Below, in pieces: positions 1 through 9,382 of a DNA stretch of 32,000 nt. Source of the DNA: an uncultured archaeon (GTDB taxonomy: Archaea; Iainarchaeota; Iainarchaeia; Iainarchaeales; JAAZKV01); the NCBI GenBank assembly GCA_964551375.1, contig CAZKBG010000001.1:120001-152000 (forward strand). Reading direction: 5' to 3'. The notes under the pieces are model-generated. The model searched no databases. It saw only the letters and a list, made by a program, of their open reading frames with translations, and was not told the origin of the DNA. Every line of letters starts with the position of its first letter. The stretch's first letter is position 1. Position numbers and translations under genes: made by a program.

Positions 1-732
1 AAAAAGACAAGCGCAATAATGCCTGTTCATTTATACGGAAAAGCATGCGAAATGGATTCAATAATGGAAATAGCAGAAAAAAATGATTTAAAAGTTGTTG
101 AAGACTGCGCTCAGGCTCATGGCGCAAAGCAAAAGGGAAAAAAAGTTGGAACATTTGGCGAGTTTGGGGCGTTTAGTTTTTATCCTACAAAAAACCTTGG
201 CGCTCTTGGGGATGCCGGAGCGATAATAACAAATGATGACGCTCTTGCTGAAACTGCAAGAAAGATTAGAAATTACGGCTCGACGGTCAGATATCATAAC
301 GAAGTAATAGGAATGAATTCAAGGCTTGATGAAATACAAGCCGCTTTTCTTAGGGTAAAACTTAGAAAGCTTGACGATATAAATTCGCACAAGCGCGAAC
401 TTGCAAGCACTTACTTAAAAGGGCTTTCAAAAAAGTTCATACTGCCTTTTGTAAACTCGGACTATTTCGATGTTTATCATATATTTAATATAAGGCACAA
501 AAAAAGAGACGCTTTGAAGGAACACATGTTAAAAGAGGGAGTAAAAACTGATGTTCATTATCCAATCCCCCCTACAAAGCAAAATGCGATGAAAGGAATT
601 TTGGATAAATATAACTGCCCTTTATCCGATGAGATTCATGCAACCACATTAAGCCTGCCTATTTCATATTATCATACAAAAGATGACATAAAAAAAGTAA
701 TAGATGCTGCAAATAGTTTCAAAGGTGATTAA
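1..732 (+). CDS. DegT/DnrJ/EryC1/StrS-family PLP-dependent sugar aminotransferase, C-terminal part (5' end outside window)
   Basis: Frame is open from base 1, so the ORF-track ATG at 19 is internal. Blocks [37 protein letters not shown] and [10 protein letters not shown] are hallmarks of this family (K in YPTKNL would be the PLP lysine). Confidence 0.85.
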   Translation, partial: KKTSAIMPVHLYGKACEMDSIMEIAEKNDLKVVEDCAQAHGAKQKGKKVGTFGEFGAFSFYPTKNLGALGDAGAIITNDDALAETARKIRNYGSTVRYHNEVIGMNSRLDEIQAAFLRVKLRKLDDINSHKRELASTYLKGLSKKFILPFVNSDYFDVYHIFNIRHKKRDALKEHMLKEGVKTDVHYPIPPTKQNAMKGILDKYNCPLSDEIHATTLSLPISYYHTKDDIKKVIDAANSFKGD

Positions 733-733
733 A

Positions 734-1600
734 ATGAAGGGAATAATTCTTGCAGGGGGAAGCGGAACAAGGCTTTATCCGCTTACAACAGTTTGCTCAA
801 AACAGCTTTTGCCTATTTATGACAAGCCCATGATATATTATCCGCTTTCAGTTTTGATGCTTGCTGGAATTAAAGAAGTTTTAATAATTTCAACTCCAAT
901 GGATACTCCAAATTTTGAAAAACTCCTTGGGGACGGTTCTCAATTAGGAATGAAAATAACTTATGAGGTTCAAAAAGAGCCAAAAGGAATTCCGCAGGCA
1001 TTTACAATTGGAGAAAAATTTATTGGAAATGACTCTGTATGCTTAATATTAGGAGACAATTTGTTTTGCGGGGAAGGATTTGTAAGCATGCTGAAAAAAG
1101 CCATGACAATTAATACTGGGGCATATATTTTTGGATATTTTGTTTCAGACCCTCAAAGATTTGGAATAGTTGAGTTTGACAAGGACCACAATGTTTTAAG
1201 CGTTGAGGAAAAACCAAAGAATCCTAAATCAAATTATGCAATAACAGGACTATATTTTTATGATAATTCAGTAGTGAAAATAGCAAAAAATCTAAAACCT
1301 TCGGCAAGAGGGGAAACTGAAATTACTGATATTAATAAAGAATATTTAAAGCAAGGAAAATTAAAAGTGGAGCTTCTTGGAAGAGGGTTTGCATGGCTTG
1401 ACACAGGGACTCCAAAATCTCTTAATGAAGCCGCAAACTATATTGAAATAATTGAAACAAGACAGGGGCTGAAAATTGCCTGCCTTGAGGAAATAGCATA
1501 TCTTTCAGGATTTATTACAAAACAACAGCTGCTTAACATTGCTGATAAAATGAAAAACAGCGAATATGGGAAATATTTGTTTAGAGTAGCAGGGGATTGA
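734..1600 (+). CDS. rfbA: glucose-1-phosphate thymidylyltransferase
   Basis: [18 protein letters not shown] nucleotidyltransferase loop plus RmlA-like blocks ([36 protein letters not shown]). ATG 734 lies 1 nt after the upstream stop and is preferred to ORF-track start 704. Confidence 0.9.
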   Translation: MKGIILAGGSGTRLYPLTTVCSKQLLPIYDKPMIYYPLSVLMLAGIKEVLIISTPMDTPNFEKLLGDGSQLGMKITYEVQKEPKGIPQAFTIGEKFIGNDSVCLILGDNLFCGEGFVSMLKKAMTINTGAYIFGYFVSDPQRFGIVEFDKDHNVLSVEEKPKNPKSNYAITGLYFYDNSVVKIAKNLKPSARGETEITDINKEYLKQGKLKVELLGRGFAWLDTGTPKSLNEAANYIEIIETRQGLKIACLEEIAYLSGFITKQQLLNIADKMKNSEYGKYLFRVAGD

Positions 1601-1605
1601 TTTTA

Positions 1606-2565
1606 ATGAAGCTATTTGTCACAGGCGGATTAGGGTTTATTGGGAGCAATTTCATTAGAAAGGTTCTTTTAGAAACAAATCATGAAGTCATAAATTTTGA
1701 TAAAGTCACTTATGCGGCAAATCCAGCTAATTTAAAAGATTTTTATGGAAATAAAAGGTATAGTTTTGTTAAAGGGGATATCTGCAATAAAGCTGATGTA
1801 AAATCAGCTCTAAAAGATGTTGATATTATTCTAAACTTTGCCGCTGAAAGCCATGTAGATAGAAGCCTTGAAGATTTTTCTCCATTTATTGAAACAAACA
1901 TAAAAGGAACCACTAATCTTTTGACTTTGGCGCTTGAATCAAAAGCAAAGTTATTTGTTCAGATTTCAACAGATGAGGTTTACGGGCAGATAATGTCCGG
2001 CTCATTTACTGAAAATGATTTGCTTAATCCAAGAAATCCTTACAGCGCGTCAAAGGCCTCTGCTGAAATGTTTGTAAGTGCATTTAAGGAAACATACGGG
2101 TTGCCAACAGTAATAACAAGATCGTCAAACAATTACGGCCCTTACCAGTTTCCAGAAAAAGTAATTCCATTGTTTATTACAAATCTTCTTGAAGGAAAGC
2201 AGGTTCCTCTGTACGGCGAAGGAAAGCAGGTAAGAGAATGGACTCATGTTGATGACAACTGTGAAGGGGTTCTTGTTGCGATGGAAAAAGGAAAAAAAGG
2301 AGAAATATATAATATTGCATCAGGGTATGAACTTTCAAATGTTGAATTGACTCATAAAATTATTTCATTAATGGGACACAATGAAGAAATGATAAAAAAA
2401 GTAGAAGATAGAAAAGGGCATGACTTTAGATATTCACTTGATTCTTCAAAAATAAAGTCTCTTGGATGGACTCCAAAAAATTCATTTGATGACGGGCTAA
2501 TTAAAACAATAAACTGGTACAAGAACAATACAGATTGGTGGAAAAAATTAAAGGTGTCAAAGTAA
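1606..2565 (+). CDS. rfbB: dTDP-glucose 4,6-dehydratase (extended SDR)
   Basis: FVTGGLGFIGSNF Rossmann motif, YSASKASAE (YxxxK), STDEVYG, RSSNNYGPYQFPEKVIP. ATG 1606 chosen; ORF-track start 1597 is a TTG. Confidence 0.9.
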   Translation: MKLFVTGGLGFIGSNFIRKVLLETNHEVINFDKVTYAANPANLKDFYGNKRYSFVKGDICNKADVKSALKDVDIILNFAAESHVDRSLEDFSPFIETNIKGTTNLLTLALESKAKLFVQISTDEVYGQIMSGSFTENDLLNPRNPYSASKASAEMFVSAFKETYGLPTVITRSSNNYGPYQFPEKVIPLFITNLLEGKQVPLYGEGKQVREWTHVDDNCEGVLVAMEKGKKGEIYNIASGYELSNVELTHKIISLMGHNEEMIKKVEDRKGHDFRYSLDSSKIKSLGWTPKNSFDDGLIKTINWYKNNTDWWKKLKVSK

Positions 2566-3431
2566 TGCCAAAGTCAGCAAAGAAAGTCAAGATTTCGATT
2601 GTAACAGCATCTTTTAACAGTATGACAGGAAATTATAATCTTGAGCGCGCGGTAAAAAGCGTTCTTGGACAGACTTATCAAAATGTAGAACTTATTGTAA
2701 TTGACGGCGGGTCAAAAGACTCAACTGTAGAAGTCATAAAGAAATATGCTTCAAAGGGTTTCAATGGTAGAAAAATTGCTTATTGGGTCAGCGAGAAAGA
2801 CTCTGGAGTTTATGATGCAATGAATAAAGGATTTTTGAAAGCTACTGGGGATGTTGTGGCATTTTTAAATTCAGATGATTTTTTGTACTCAAATGATGTT
2901 TTGGAAAAAGTTGCCCTTGAATTTGAGAAAGATTCAAATCTTGATTTAGTTCATGGAGATATATTTTTCGCATTGCCTTCTATTAATCATGGAAATAACG
3001 CATATCCTGTAAGATCTCCGGATTTTTCTCTTTTTAATCTTAAAAAAGGCGCCCAAGTGCTTCATCCTGCGGCGTTTGTGAAAAAAACAATTATGGCAAA
3101 AGCAGGAATATTTGATTTAAAGTATAAATCCTCTTCAGATTTTGACTTTTTTTGCAGGCTTGAGAAGCTCAATCCAAAAACAAAGCATCTTGATTTGGCA
3201 GTATCAGTTTTTCTTGAAGGTGGTTTAAGCTCAAATGATAAATCCCATCTTGAAGCAATAGGGGTTGTTTTGAAGCACTATGGCTTGGCTTCTGCCCTGC
3301 CGCTTTATTTTAGACATTATATTGCAATTTATTATAGAAAGATATTATCTTTGCTTGGGCAAAAAGAAAATTATTTTAAGAAAAAGTTTGAACATAAAGC
3401 AGCCATGTGCACAGCAAAAGTTAATCTTTAG
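2565..3431 (+). CDS. family 2 (GT-A) glycosyltransferase
   Basis: KISIVTASFNS, VIDGGSKDST, YDAMNKG and LNSDD (DxD-like). ATG 2565 overlaps the rfbB stop (TAATG). Confidence 0.8.
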   Translation: MPKSAKKVKISIVTASFNSMTGNYNLERAVKSVLGQTYQNVELIVIDGGSKDSTVEVIKKYASKGFNGRKIAYWVSEKDSGVYDAMNKGFLKATGDVVAFLNSDDFLYSNDVLEKVALEFEKDSNLDLVHGDIFFALPSINHGNNAYPVRSPDFSLFNLKKGAQVLHPAAFVKKTIMAKAGIFDLKYKSSSDFDFFCRLEKLNPKTKHLDLAVSVFLEGGLSSNDKSHLEAIGVVLKHYGLASALPLYFRHYIAIYYRKILSLLGQKENYFKKKFEHKAAMCTAKVNL

Positions 3432-4329
3432 TTTTGTTAAAATATTTAATTAGCTCTCTTGTGTGCCTTTCCCATGTAAATCCCAGTTTGTTAATTATTT
3501 TTGGGTAGTTCTGTTTTTTTGAACTCTTTATTGCTTCTTTAATAAAATCAATTTTCTCGGTTTTGCAGTACTTGTTTTCATCTTCAGGCGAAAATCCTTT
3601 CACTTTAGTAATAGGCAACTTTTCTCCAATTCCTGAATTGCTTCCTATGATTTTTGGAACTCCTGCAGCCATTGCTTCAAGCCAAACAAGCCCAAAACCC
3701 GTGTAAGTTGGAGGGAGGCTTATGAATGTTTCAATTTTATTGTAAAATTCATTCATTTCCTTTGGGGATAAATTCTTTGCAATAATAAGTTCTTCTCCGA
3801 GCTCATTGCATGCCTGTTTTATAAAGTCAAAGTTGTAAATTTTATTTGTGTAATTTGCAAATCCTATTCCTTTTTGCTTTTTGTTAAGTGGTCTAAATGC
3901 CGAAGTATCCACTCCTTCGGTTATAACAGTAGCATTTTTGAATAACTTCCCAAGTCTTTCGCTTACAACAATTAGATTTTTCCCCATCAGAGCGCCCACA
4001 AACTTTTGCATCGCGCTGTCAAGCCCGCTTGGCGATTTTCCATGAAAACAGCAATAATGATTATTTGGAAAAATTCTTGAAGGAACTAGCAGGGGAAATG
4101 CAAGGCTCCAATCCTGAGTATAAACAATCTCTGGATTTTCTTTTTTAACAACCTCTCTAATTTTTCCAATTGAGGAGAACGCTGAGAATAATTTTAAATC
4201 ATCCTCTCTTGAAATAACTTTTACAACATGCTCTAGTTTAGACAGCTCTTTTTGAACGCTTTTCGTGTATGATCCTACTCCTCCTTGGTATTTTTTAAGC
4301 AAAATTAAAATTTTTTTCTTTTCGGCCAT
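3421..4329 (-). CDS. GT-B (group 1 / GT4-like) glycosyltransferase
   Basis: C-terminal block FISLPPTYTGFGLVWLEAMAAGVPKIIGSNSGIGE resembles the GT4 sugar-nucleotide binding region. The 3' end overlaps the convergent GT2 gene by 11 nt. Confidence 0.7.
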   Translation of the reverse strand: MAEKKKILILLKKYQGGVGSYTKSVQKELSKLEHVVKVISREDDLKLFSAFSSIGKIREVVKKENPEIVYTQDWSLAFPLLVPSRIFPNNHYCCFHGKSPSGLDSAMQKFVGALMGKNLIVVSERLGKLFKNATVITEGVDTSAFRPLNKKQKGIGFANYTNKIYNFDFIKQACNELGEELIIAKNLSPKEMNEFYNKIETFISLPPTYTGFGLVWLEAMAAGVPKIIGSNSGIGEKLPITKVKGFSPEDENKYCKTEKIDFIKEAIKSSKKQNYPKIINKLGFTWERHTRELIKYFNKTKD

Positions 4330-4332
4330 AAG

Positions 4333-5412
4333 TTATCCCTCAATTGCCTCTTTGTATATTTTTGAGAGCTTCAAATTCCTTTCTTTAAGCGACCACTTGC
4401 CATTTTTGACTTCTTCATGAGCTTTTTTGCCCATCTTTGTCCGCAGTTTTTGATTTTTTACCAAATAATTAGTTTTTGCAGTCATTTCGTCAATTATTTT
4501 TTCTTTATTTTCATATCTTGGCACAATATAACCGGTTTTTCCTTCTTCCACTATTTCGCTTCTTGCAAATCCATCCGCGGTTATTACTGGTATTCCAAAT
4601 GACATTGCTTCAATGTACATAAATCCAAATGAGTCGGAAAATCCAGGGTAAACAAAGAGGCTTGTTTTTGGGTAAATCTTTTTGAATAAATCCGCATGAG
4701 GCATCAAGTTCATGAACTTAATTTTCTTGTTTGATTTGTACTTATTTAGGTACTCTTTTGGAGTTTCTGCAATAAAGATTGCATTAACATTTGGATTTGC
4801 TTTTGTAATTCTATCAATAACTTCAAGCGCAACATCCCCTCCTTTATCAAAAAAGTATCTTCCTATGAATAACAATGTGACTTTTTTGGCGCTTTGTTTT
4901 ACTGGCTTGTGAGTAGGGTATGCAAATCTCAATAAGTCAAGCTTTGAGTCCACAATTGGGTCATTAAACACTTTACTTACTTTTTTCTTTGTTTCAAGCG
5001 TCCAGCAGAGTATTTTTTTGCAGTTCTTTCTTTTAATTAGTCTTTTTGCTATTGCTCTTGATAAAAAATTGCTTTCTCCAGAAATCCACAACTGCCATTC
5101 AGATTCAATATCTGCAACCCAAGGGGTATTTTTGTTTTTACTTAAGCAGTGCGCGCAGTGGATTAAATCATACTCTCCTTTTTGAGTTTTGTGCGCATTT
5201 ACTAGCGGAAGCTTTGCTTTTCTTGCTGTATCTCTTATGAATTTCTTTATCTTATTTGACTTTTTAACGGTTTTAATGTCCTCAATTGTCTTAAACTGGC
5301 TTTTTGAATTTACATATTCAATATTGTTTGGCTTTAGCTCAGTAAGCGACTTATAGTAAGTGCTGTCAGGGTAAGCCCACGGGTACTGTAAGTATACCTT
5401 AATTTTTTTCAT
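4333..5412 (-). CDS. GT-B (group 1 / GT4) glycosyltransferase
   Basis: LFVYPGFSDSFGFMYIEAMSFGIPVITADGFARSEIVEEGKTGYIV is a classic glycos_transf_1 block. Only a 3-nt gap to the downstream gene. Confidence 0.8.
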   Translation of the reverse strand: MKKIKVYLQYPWAYPDSTYYKSLTELKPNNIEYVNSKSQFKTIEDIKTVKKSNKIKKFIRDTARKAKLPLVNAHKTQKGEYDLIHCAHCLSKNKNTPWVADIESEWQLWISGESNFLSRAIAKRLIKRKNCKKILCWTLETKKKVSKVFNDPIVDSKLDLLRFAYPTHKPVKQSAKKVTLLFIGRYFFDKGGDVALEVIDRITKANPNVNAIFIAETPKEYLNKYKSNKKIKFMNLMPHADLFKKIYPKTSLFVYPGFSDSFGFMYIEAMSFGIPVITADGFARSEIVEEGKTGYIVPRYENKEKIIDEMTAKTNYLVKNQKLRTKMGKKAHEEVKNGKWSLKERNLKLSKIYKEAIEG

Positions 5413-6324
5413 TCAAACACCAAGTATTAATCCAACGCTGTAACCTAATCTTTTTAGATAAAAAAGCCATGTTCCGAAGAAGAATCCTTTCAATTTTCCA
5501 GTTCTTTTCATCACATAAAGCCCTGTTTTGAAACAATAAATTTTCAAAAATGCGATTAATATGATTGCAATGAGCGGGTTAATGAATGCAAAGGCGATTA
5601 TTAACAAATGATATATTAGAAACCCTAGTGAAAAAGCAAAGTTAATTGGAATTCTTGAAATATTTTTCTTATCCCCAAGTCCGTAATTGTAAAACATTTT
5701 TAGGTACTTGCGCACAGTTGGTCTTACTTTCCAGTAAGCAAATGCCTTCTTTGCCTCGCTAATCTTAACGCCCGCTTTCTTAATCCTAAAATTAAATTCA
5801 GTATCCTCTCCAGTTCCAACATTTTCAGGATATCCTCCTGCTTTCTCCCAAGCGCTTCTAGTAAAAGCCACGCTTCTTGAGGATGCATTAGTAAGTTTCT
5901 TGTTTTCTTCAGGCGCAGGGTACATTACAACACTCATGCATTCCTGAATAAAGTTTTCATAAGTTGCCTTAAAGTTCCCAATAACAAACTCGCTTTCTTT
6001 TAACTGCTTTTTCATTTCCTTAACCCAATTTCTATCAAGCACGCATCCGGCATCAGTTCCAAGAAAATAATCAAAAGAGGCTTCTTTTACTGCAATATTT
6101 CTCCCCATTCCCCTGTCGCACTTCTCTACAATGATTTTGTGCTTTATTTTCATTTTTTGCAATGCTTCTTTAGCAATCTTAACAGTGTTATCAGTTGATT
6201 TTGCATCAACAAGAAGTATTTCATCAGGCTTTTCACTTTGAGTTGCAATTGAGTCAAAAAGATGCTTAATGTTATTTGCTTCGTTGTAAGTAGTAAGTAT
6301 TAGAGTTGCTTTCACCTTAAACAC
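5413..6324 (-). CDS. family 2 glycosyltransferase with C-terminal membrane helices
   Basis: LILTTYNEANNI, ILLVDAKSTDNT, GTGEDTEF; the last ~80 aa are hydrophobic helices. Non-ATG (GTG) start in the ORF track; abuts the next gene with zero gap. Confidence 0.75.
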   Translation of the reverse strand: MFKVKATLILTTYNEANNIKHLFDSIATQSEKPDEILLVDAKSTDNTVKIAKEALQKMKIKHKIIVEKCDRGMGRNIAVKEASFDYFLGTDAGCVLDRNWVKEMKKQLKESEFVIGNFKATYENFIQECMSVVMYPAPEENKKLTNASSRSVAFTRSAWEKAGGYPENVGTGEDTEFNFRIKKAGVKISEAKKAFAYWKVRPTVRKYLKMFYNYGLGDKKNISRIPINFAFSLGFLIYHLLIIAFAFINPLIAIILIAFLKIYCFKTGLYVMKRTGKLKGFFFGTWLFYLKRLGYSVGLILGV

Positions 6325-6339
6325 CTTAACAACATCATG

Positions 6340-7443
6340 TTATTTGTGGTATAATACCTTCACTATGCGCTTTGAAACCCCGCTTTTGCCGTAAGGGTTC
6401 TTAAATTTTGGAACTTTCATGGTTAAGTATTGGTCTATCATTTTCTTTGCTTCTTCAACATCAAGCTTGCTCAAATAATTAATTGGCGTATCAAGCCCTT
6501 CCTGTCTTTCAGTTGCTTTTCTAAGAATAATGCACGGCTTTTTAAAAATCAAACTCTCTTCCTGCATGGAGCCTCCGTCAGTTAGAATTAGAGTGGCTTT
6601 ACTCATCATGTAAATAAAGTCATTATAATTTTTGTTTTCCATTATTTTTATATTTTTGATTGACTTTAATCTTTCTAAAAGTCCATGGCTTTCAAGCTGC
6701 TTTTTTGTATTGTCATGAAGTGAAAGCATAAATGTGATTGGCACATGCTCAAGTATTGAAATAATCTGCTCAAGCCTTTCCTTTGACTTGATATTTTCAT
6801 GTCTGTGGAGCGTTACAAGCGCAAATTTCTTTGGCAGTTTTACTTTCTTGGCTTTTTTTAGCGCTATTGCTGCAGAATCAATAATAGTATTTCCTGTAAT
6901 AATTATTTTTCCTTTAATTCCTTCTTTTAACAGATTATTTTTAGCCCTTTTGGAAACTGCAAGCAGAATATCTGAAAATTTATCCGCGATTCTTCTTGAA
7001 ATCTCTTCAGGAAAAGGCTCCATTAAATCTCCTGATCTAAGTCCTGCTTCAAGGTGGATGTTTTTGTATTTTTTAAAAGGATTAAGGAGTTTTGAAGTTG
7101 CAATTGCGGCTGCAGCAGTGGTAATTGTGTCCCCGTGGTAATAAACATATTCAAGATTTTCAATTTTATTTACTGCGTCCTTTATTTTGAAAACAAGCCC
7201 AAATGTCCAATTAACTGCTTTTGAAGTTTTAGCATAAAACCTTGTAGTGTTTTTTGGTGGCTCGGTTAATACAATATCAGGCTCTTTAGTTCCAAAAACT
7301 CTGCAGAGGTCCTTTAAATCATGCTGTCCTGTGTGCATGAATATGTAAGGAATCCCTTTTTTTTGCATTTCAAGCATTAAAGGAAAAGTTTTGATATATT
7401 CGGCTCTTGTTCCAAGAATTATGCAATTAGTTTTTTTTGCCAT
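6340..7443 (-). CDS. wecB: UDP-N-acetylglucosamine 2-epimerase (non-hydrolysing type)
   Basis: Blocks ILGTRAEYIK, HTGQHD, HGDTITTAAAAIA, HLEAGLRS, PFPEE, VTLHRHEN, TDGGSMQEE. ATG 7443 preferred; ORF-track start 7449 is a TTG two codons upstream. Confidence 0.85.
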   Translation of the reverse strand: MAKKTNCIILGTRAEYIKTFPLMLEMQKKGIPYIFMHTGQHDLKDLCRVFGTKEPDIVLTEPPKNTTRFYAKTSKAVNWTFGLVFKIKDAVNKIENLEYVYYHGDTITTAAAAIATSKLLNPFKKYKNIHLEAGLRSGDLMEPFPEEISRRIADKFSDILLAVSKRAKNNLLKEGIKGKIIITGNTIIDSAAIALKKAKKVKLPKKFALVTLHRHENIKSKERLEQIISILEHVPITFMLSLHDNTKKQLESHGLLERLKSIKNIKIMENKNYNDFIYMMSKATLILTDGGSMQEESLIFKKPCIILRKATERQEGLDTPINYLSKLDVEEAKKMIDQYLTMKVPKFKNPYGKSGVSKRIVKVLYHK

Positions 7444-7521
7444 TTTCAACCACTTACTTTTGCAAATTTAAGTTAATTATTTTCAATTCTAAGTCTTAAT
7501 TCTTTCAGTCAGTTTTGTTTA

Positions 7522-8535
7522 TTAGTATAATTTTATTCCCCAGAGCTTGATTAGAAAGTAAATAAATGTGATACAGCAAATCAATCCCTGAATTGCCAAA
7601 ATTCTGAGCACCACTCCAGTTTCAGTGAATTTTCCTTTCCCCTTTCGCATTATTAACTGGGTAATTGAGCCTCCTTTTGGACTGGCGTTTAATGTTCCAT
7701 TCTTATTAGGCACTCCAAAGCACTCGCTTTTGAATCTGTGCCTTGCTTTGATTATAAATTCAATTATGAAAAGCCCGATTAGCATTGCTCCATAAGTTTC
7801 CATGTTTCCAATAATGCTCATAGTGGCAAGAGTTGCTCCAACCATTAAAGTCAGCGAATCTCCTCCGAACATTTTTGCAGGGAACCAGTTGAATACTAAA
7901 AATGCTATAAGCGCTCCGACCATTGCTACTCCCAAAACTGCTGCAGTATATTGTCCGGTGATAAGCGCAATTATTGTTAAAGTAAGGGTAAGCAAAATTC
8001 CCTGCCCTGCTTCAAGCCCGTTAAATCCAGCAAGCATGTTAAACGCATTGCTTGCGCCAGTAACTCCAAGAGGAATTATTATTAATGAATAAATTATCCC
8101 AAAATTAACTGTGCCAAGTATTGGAAGCGCCATTGATGTTTCTCCTGCTGCAATCGCCATTAAAGGAAGAGCTGCAATTACTGGAAAAAGCGCGTGCTGC
8201 CATTGTCTTATTCCTTTTTTCCATCCTATTACGTCATCAATGACGCCGATAAATGCCATCATTGCGATTGTTGAAAATCCTGCAAAAAGAAGGCTTAAGT
8301 TAATAGGTATTAAATTTAAATAAGTTGAAAGAAATATTGCTCCAAAAATTCCAAAACTAAAACCTAAAAATACTACTGCTCCGCCAAGTTCCGCAACTGC
8401 GGGCTTGTGGTGCTTATTCATGTCTTTTCCTGTTAATCCCTGCTCGTGCATTCGTTTAATGAATTTAGGGGCGACAAAAATTACGGTTAAGATTGCCACT
8501 ATGTAAAATATTATGTATCCTATTGATTGAAACAT
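7522..8535 (-). CDS. aglH: polyprenyl/dolichyl-phosphate HexNAc-1-phosphate transferase (MraY/WecA/AglH family)
   Basis: Polytopic membrane protein with family blocks VIDDVIGW and NAFNMLAGFNGLEAGQG. Embedded among other glycosylation genes. Confidence 0.8.
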   Translation of the reverse strand: MFQSIGYIIFYIVAILTVIFVAPKFIKRMHEQGLTGKDMNKHHKPAVAELGGAVVFLGFSFGIFGAIFLSTYLNLIPINLSLLFAGFSTIAMMAFIGVIDDVIGWKKGIRQWQHALFPVIAALPLMAIAAGETSMALPILGTVNFGIIYSLIIIPLGVTGASNAFNMLAGFNGLEAGQGILLTLTLTIIALITGQYTAAVLGVAMVGALIAFLVFNWFPAKMFGGDSLTLMVGATLATMSIIGNMETYGAMLIGLFIIEFIIKARHRFKSECFGVPNKNGTLNASPKGGSITQLIMRKGKGKFTETGVVLRILAIQGLICCITFIYFLIKLWGIKLY

Positions 8536-8617
8536 AAACTATTCATATTATTTTGCTTTTTAAACTAGTCTGGTACGGTTGTGAAATCAAAATTATCTAT
8601 TGGGTTTTTGAAGAGAG

Positions 8618-9337
8618 TTAAGGTTTTGTCCCAGTTATTGTGATTATGTAATATCCTGGCTTTGGAATCTTGAGTGAAGTAATCGCTTTTCTTAATTTTT
8701 CAACTCTTTTTGAAGCAGTTTTTATTTTTGCTCTTCTTAAAACAAAATCAACAACCGAAAAGTTAATCGGATCAATTCTCACGCTTTGAATATTGAGCCT
8801 CTCTTCTGTGAAAATCTTTGTATATTCCTCAACAGAAGCATATTCTCTTACATGTGTGGGGTCAAGAACCCACTTTCCATTGCATCTGTAAAAATACCAC
8901 CCGTACCATTTTTTGTAAACCGAGGACACTCTAAAAAATCCGCCTTTTTTTAGCATTCGCTTAATTTCACCAACCATTTTTTTGTCCGAATCAACATGCT
9001 CAATTACCTGATCTGAAGTGATTATGTCAAAAGAAGCGCTTTTGATTTTGGTTTTGCAAATATCTTCAACAATTCCTTTCTCCAATCTTCTTCCAAGCCT
9101 TTCCTTTATTCTTTCAATTCGGGTTTTTGAAATATCCTGCGCGAAGAGTTTTAATGTTTTGAATTTTTCTGCTAAGGCAAATAAATGCTGTCCATCCCCT
9201 GCCCCAATATCAAGCAAGGATGGATTTTTTGTTTTCTTTAAAGCAGATTTAATTGCAGTTTCAAGCTCGGAGTCAACGCCGTAGTTTCCAAAGTAAACAG
9301 TCTTATCAGCATATTTTTCATAATTTACTTTCTTCAA
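8618..9337 (-). CDS. class I SAM-dependent methyltransferase
   Basis: Motif I LLDIGAGDGQH, acidic loop FAQDIS, FDIITSDQVIEHV. TTG start with GGTGA 4 nt upstream. Confidence 0.75.
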   Translation of the reverse strand: MKKVNYEKYADKTVYFGNYGVDSELETAIKSALKKTKNPSLLDIGAGDGQHLFALAEKFKTLKLFAQDISKTRIERIKERLGRRLEKGIVEDICKTKIKSASFDIITSDQVIEHVDSDKKMVGEIKRMLKKGGFFRVSSVYKKWYGWYFYRCNGKWVLDPTHVREYASVEEYTKIFTEERLNIQSVRIDPINFSVVDFVLRRAKIKTASKRVEKLRKAITSLKIPKPGYYIITITGTKP

Positions 9338-9382
9338 GCACTCACCAATAAACAGATTTGGGCTATTTTGAATAGCTGGGAT

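Noticed and set aside
6734-8323. Plus-strand ORFs 6734..7141, 7802..8092 and 8111..8323
   Set aside because: Antisense to the wecB and aglH-like genes, whose translations carry clear family motifs. The antisense products are repetitive and hydrophobic, or Ser/Ala-rich artefacts.
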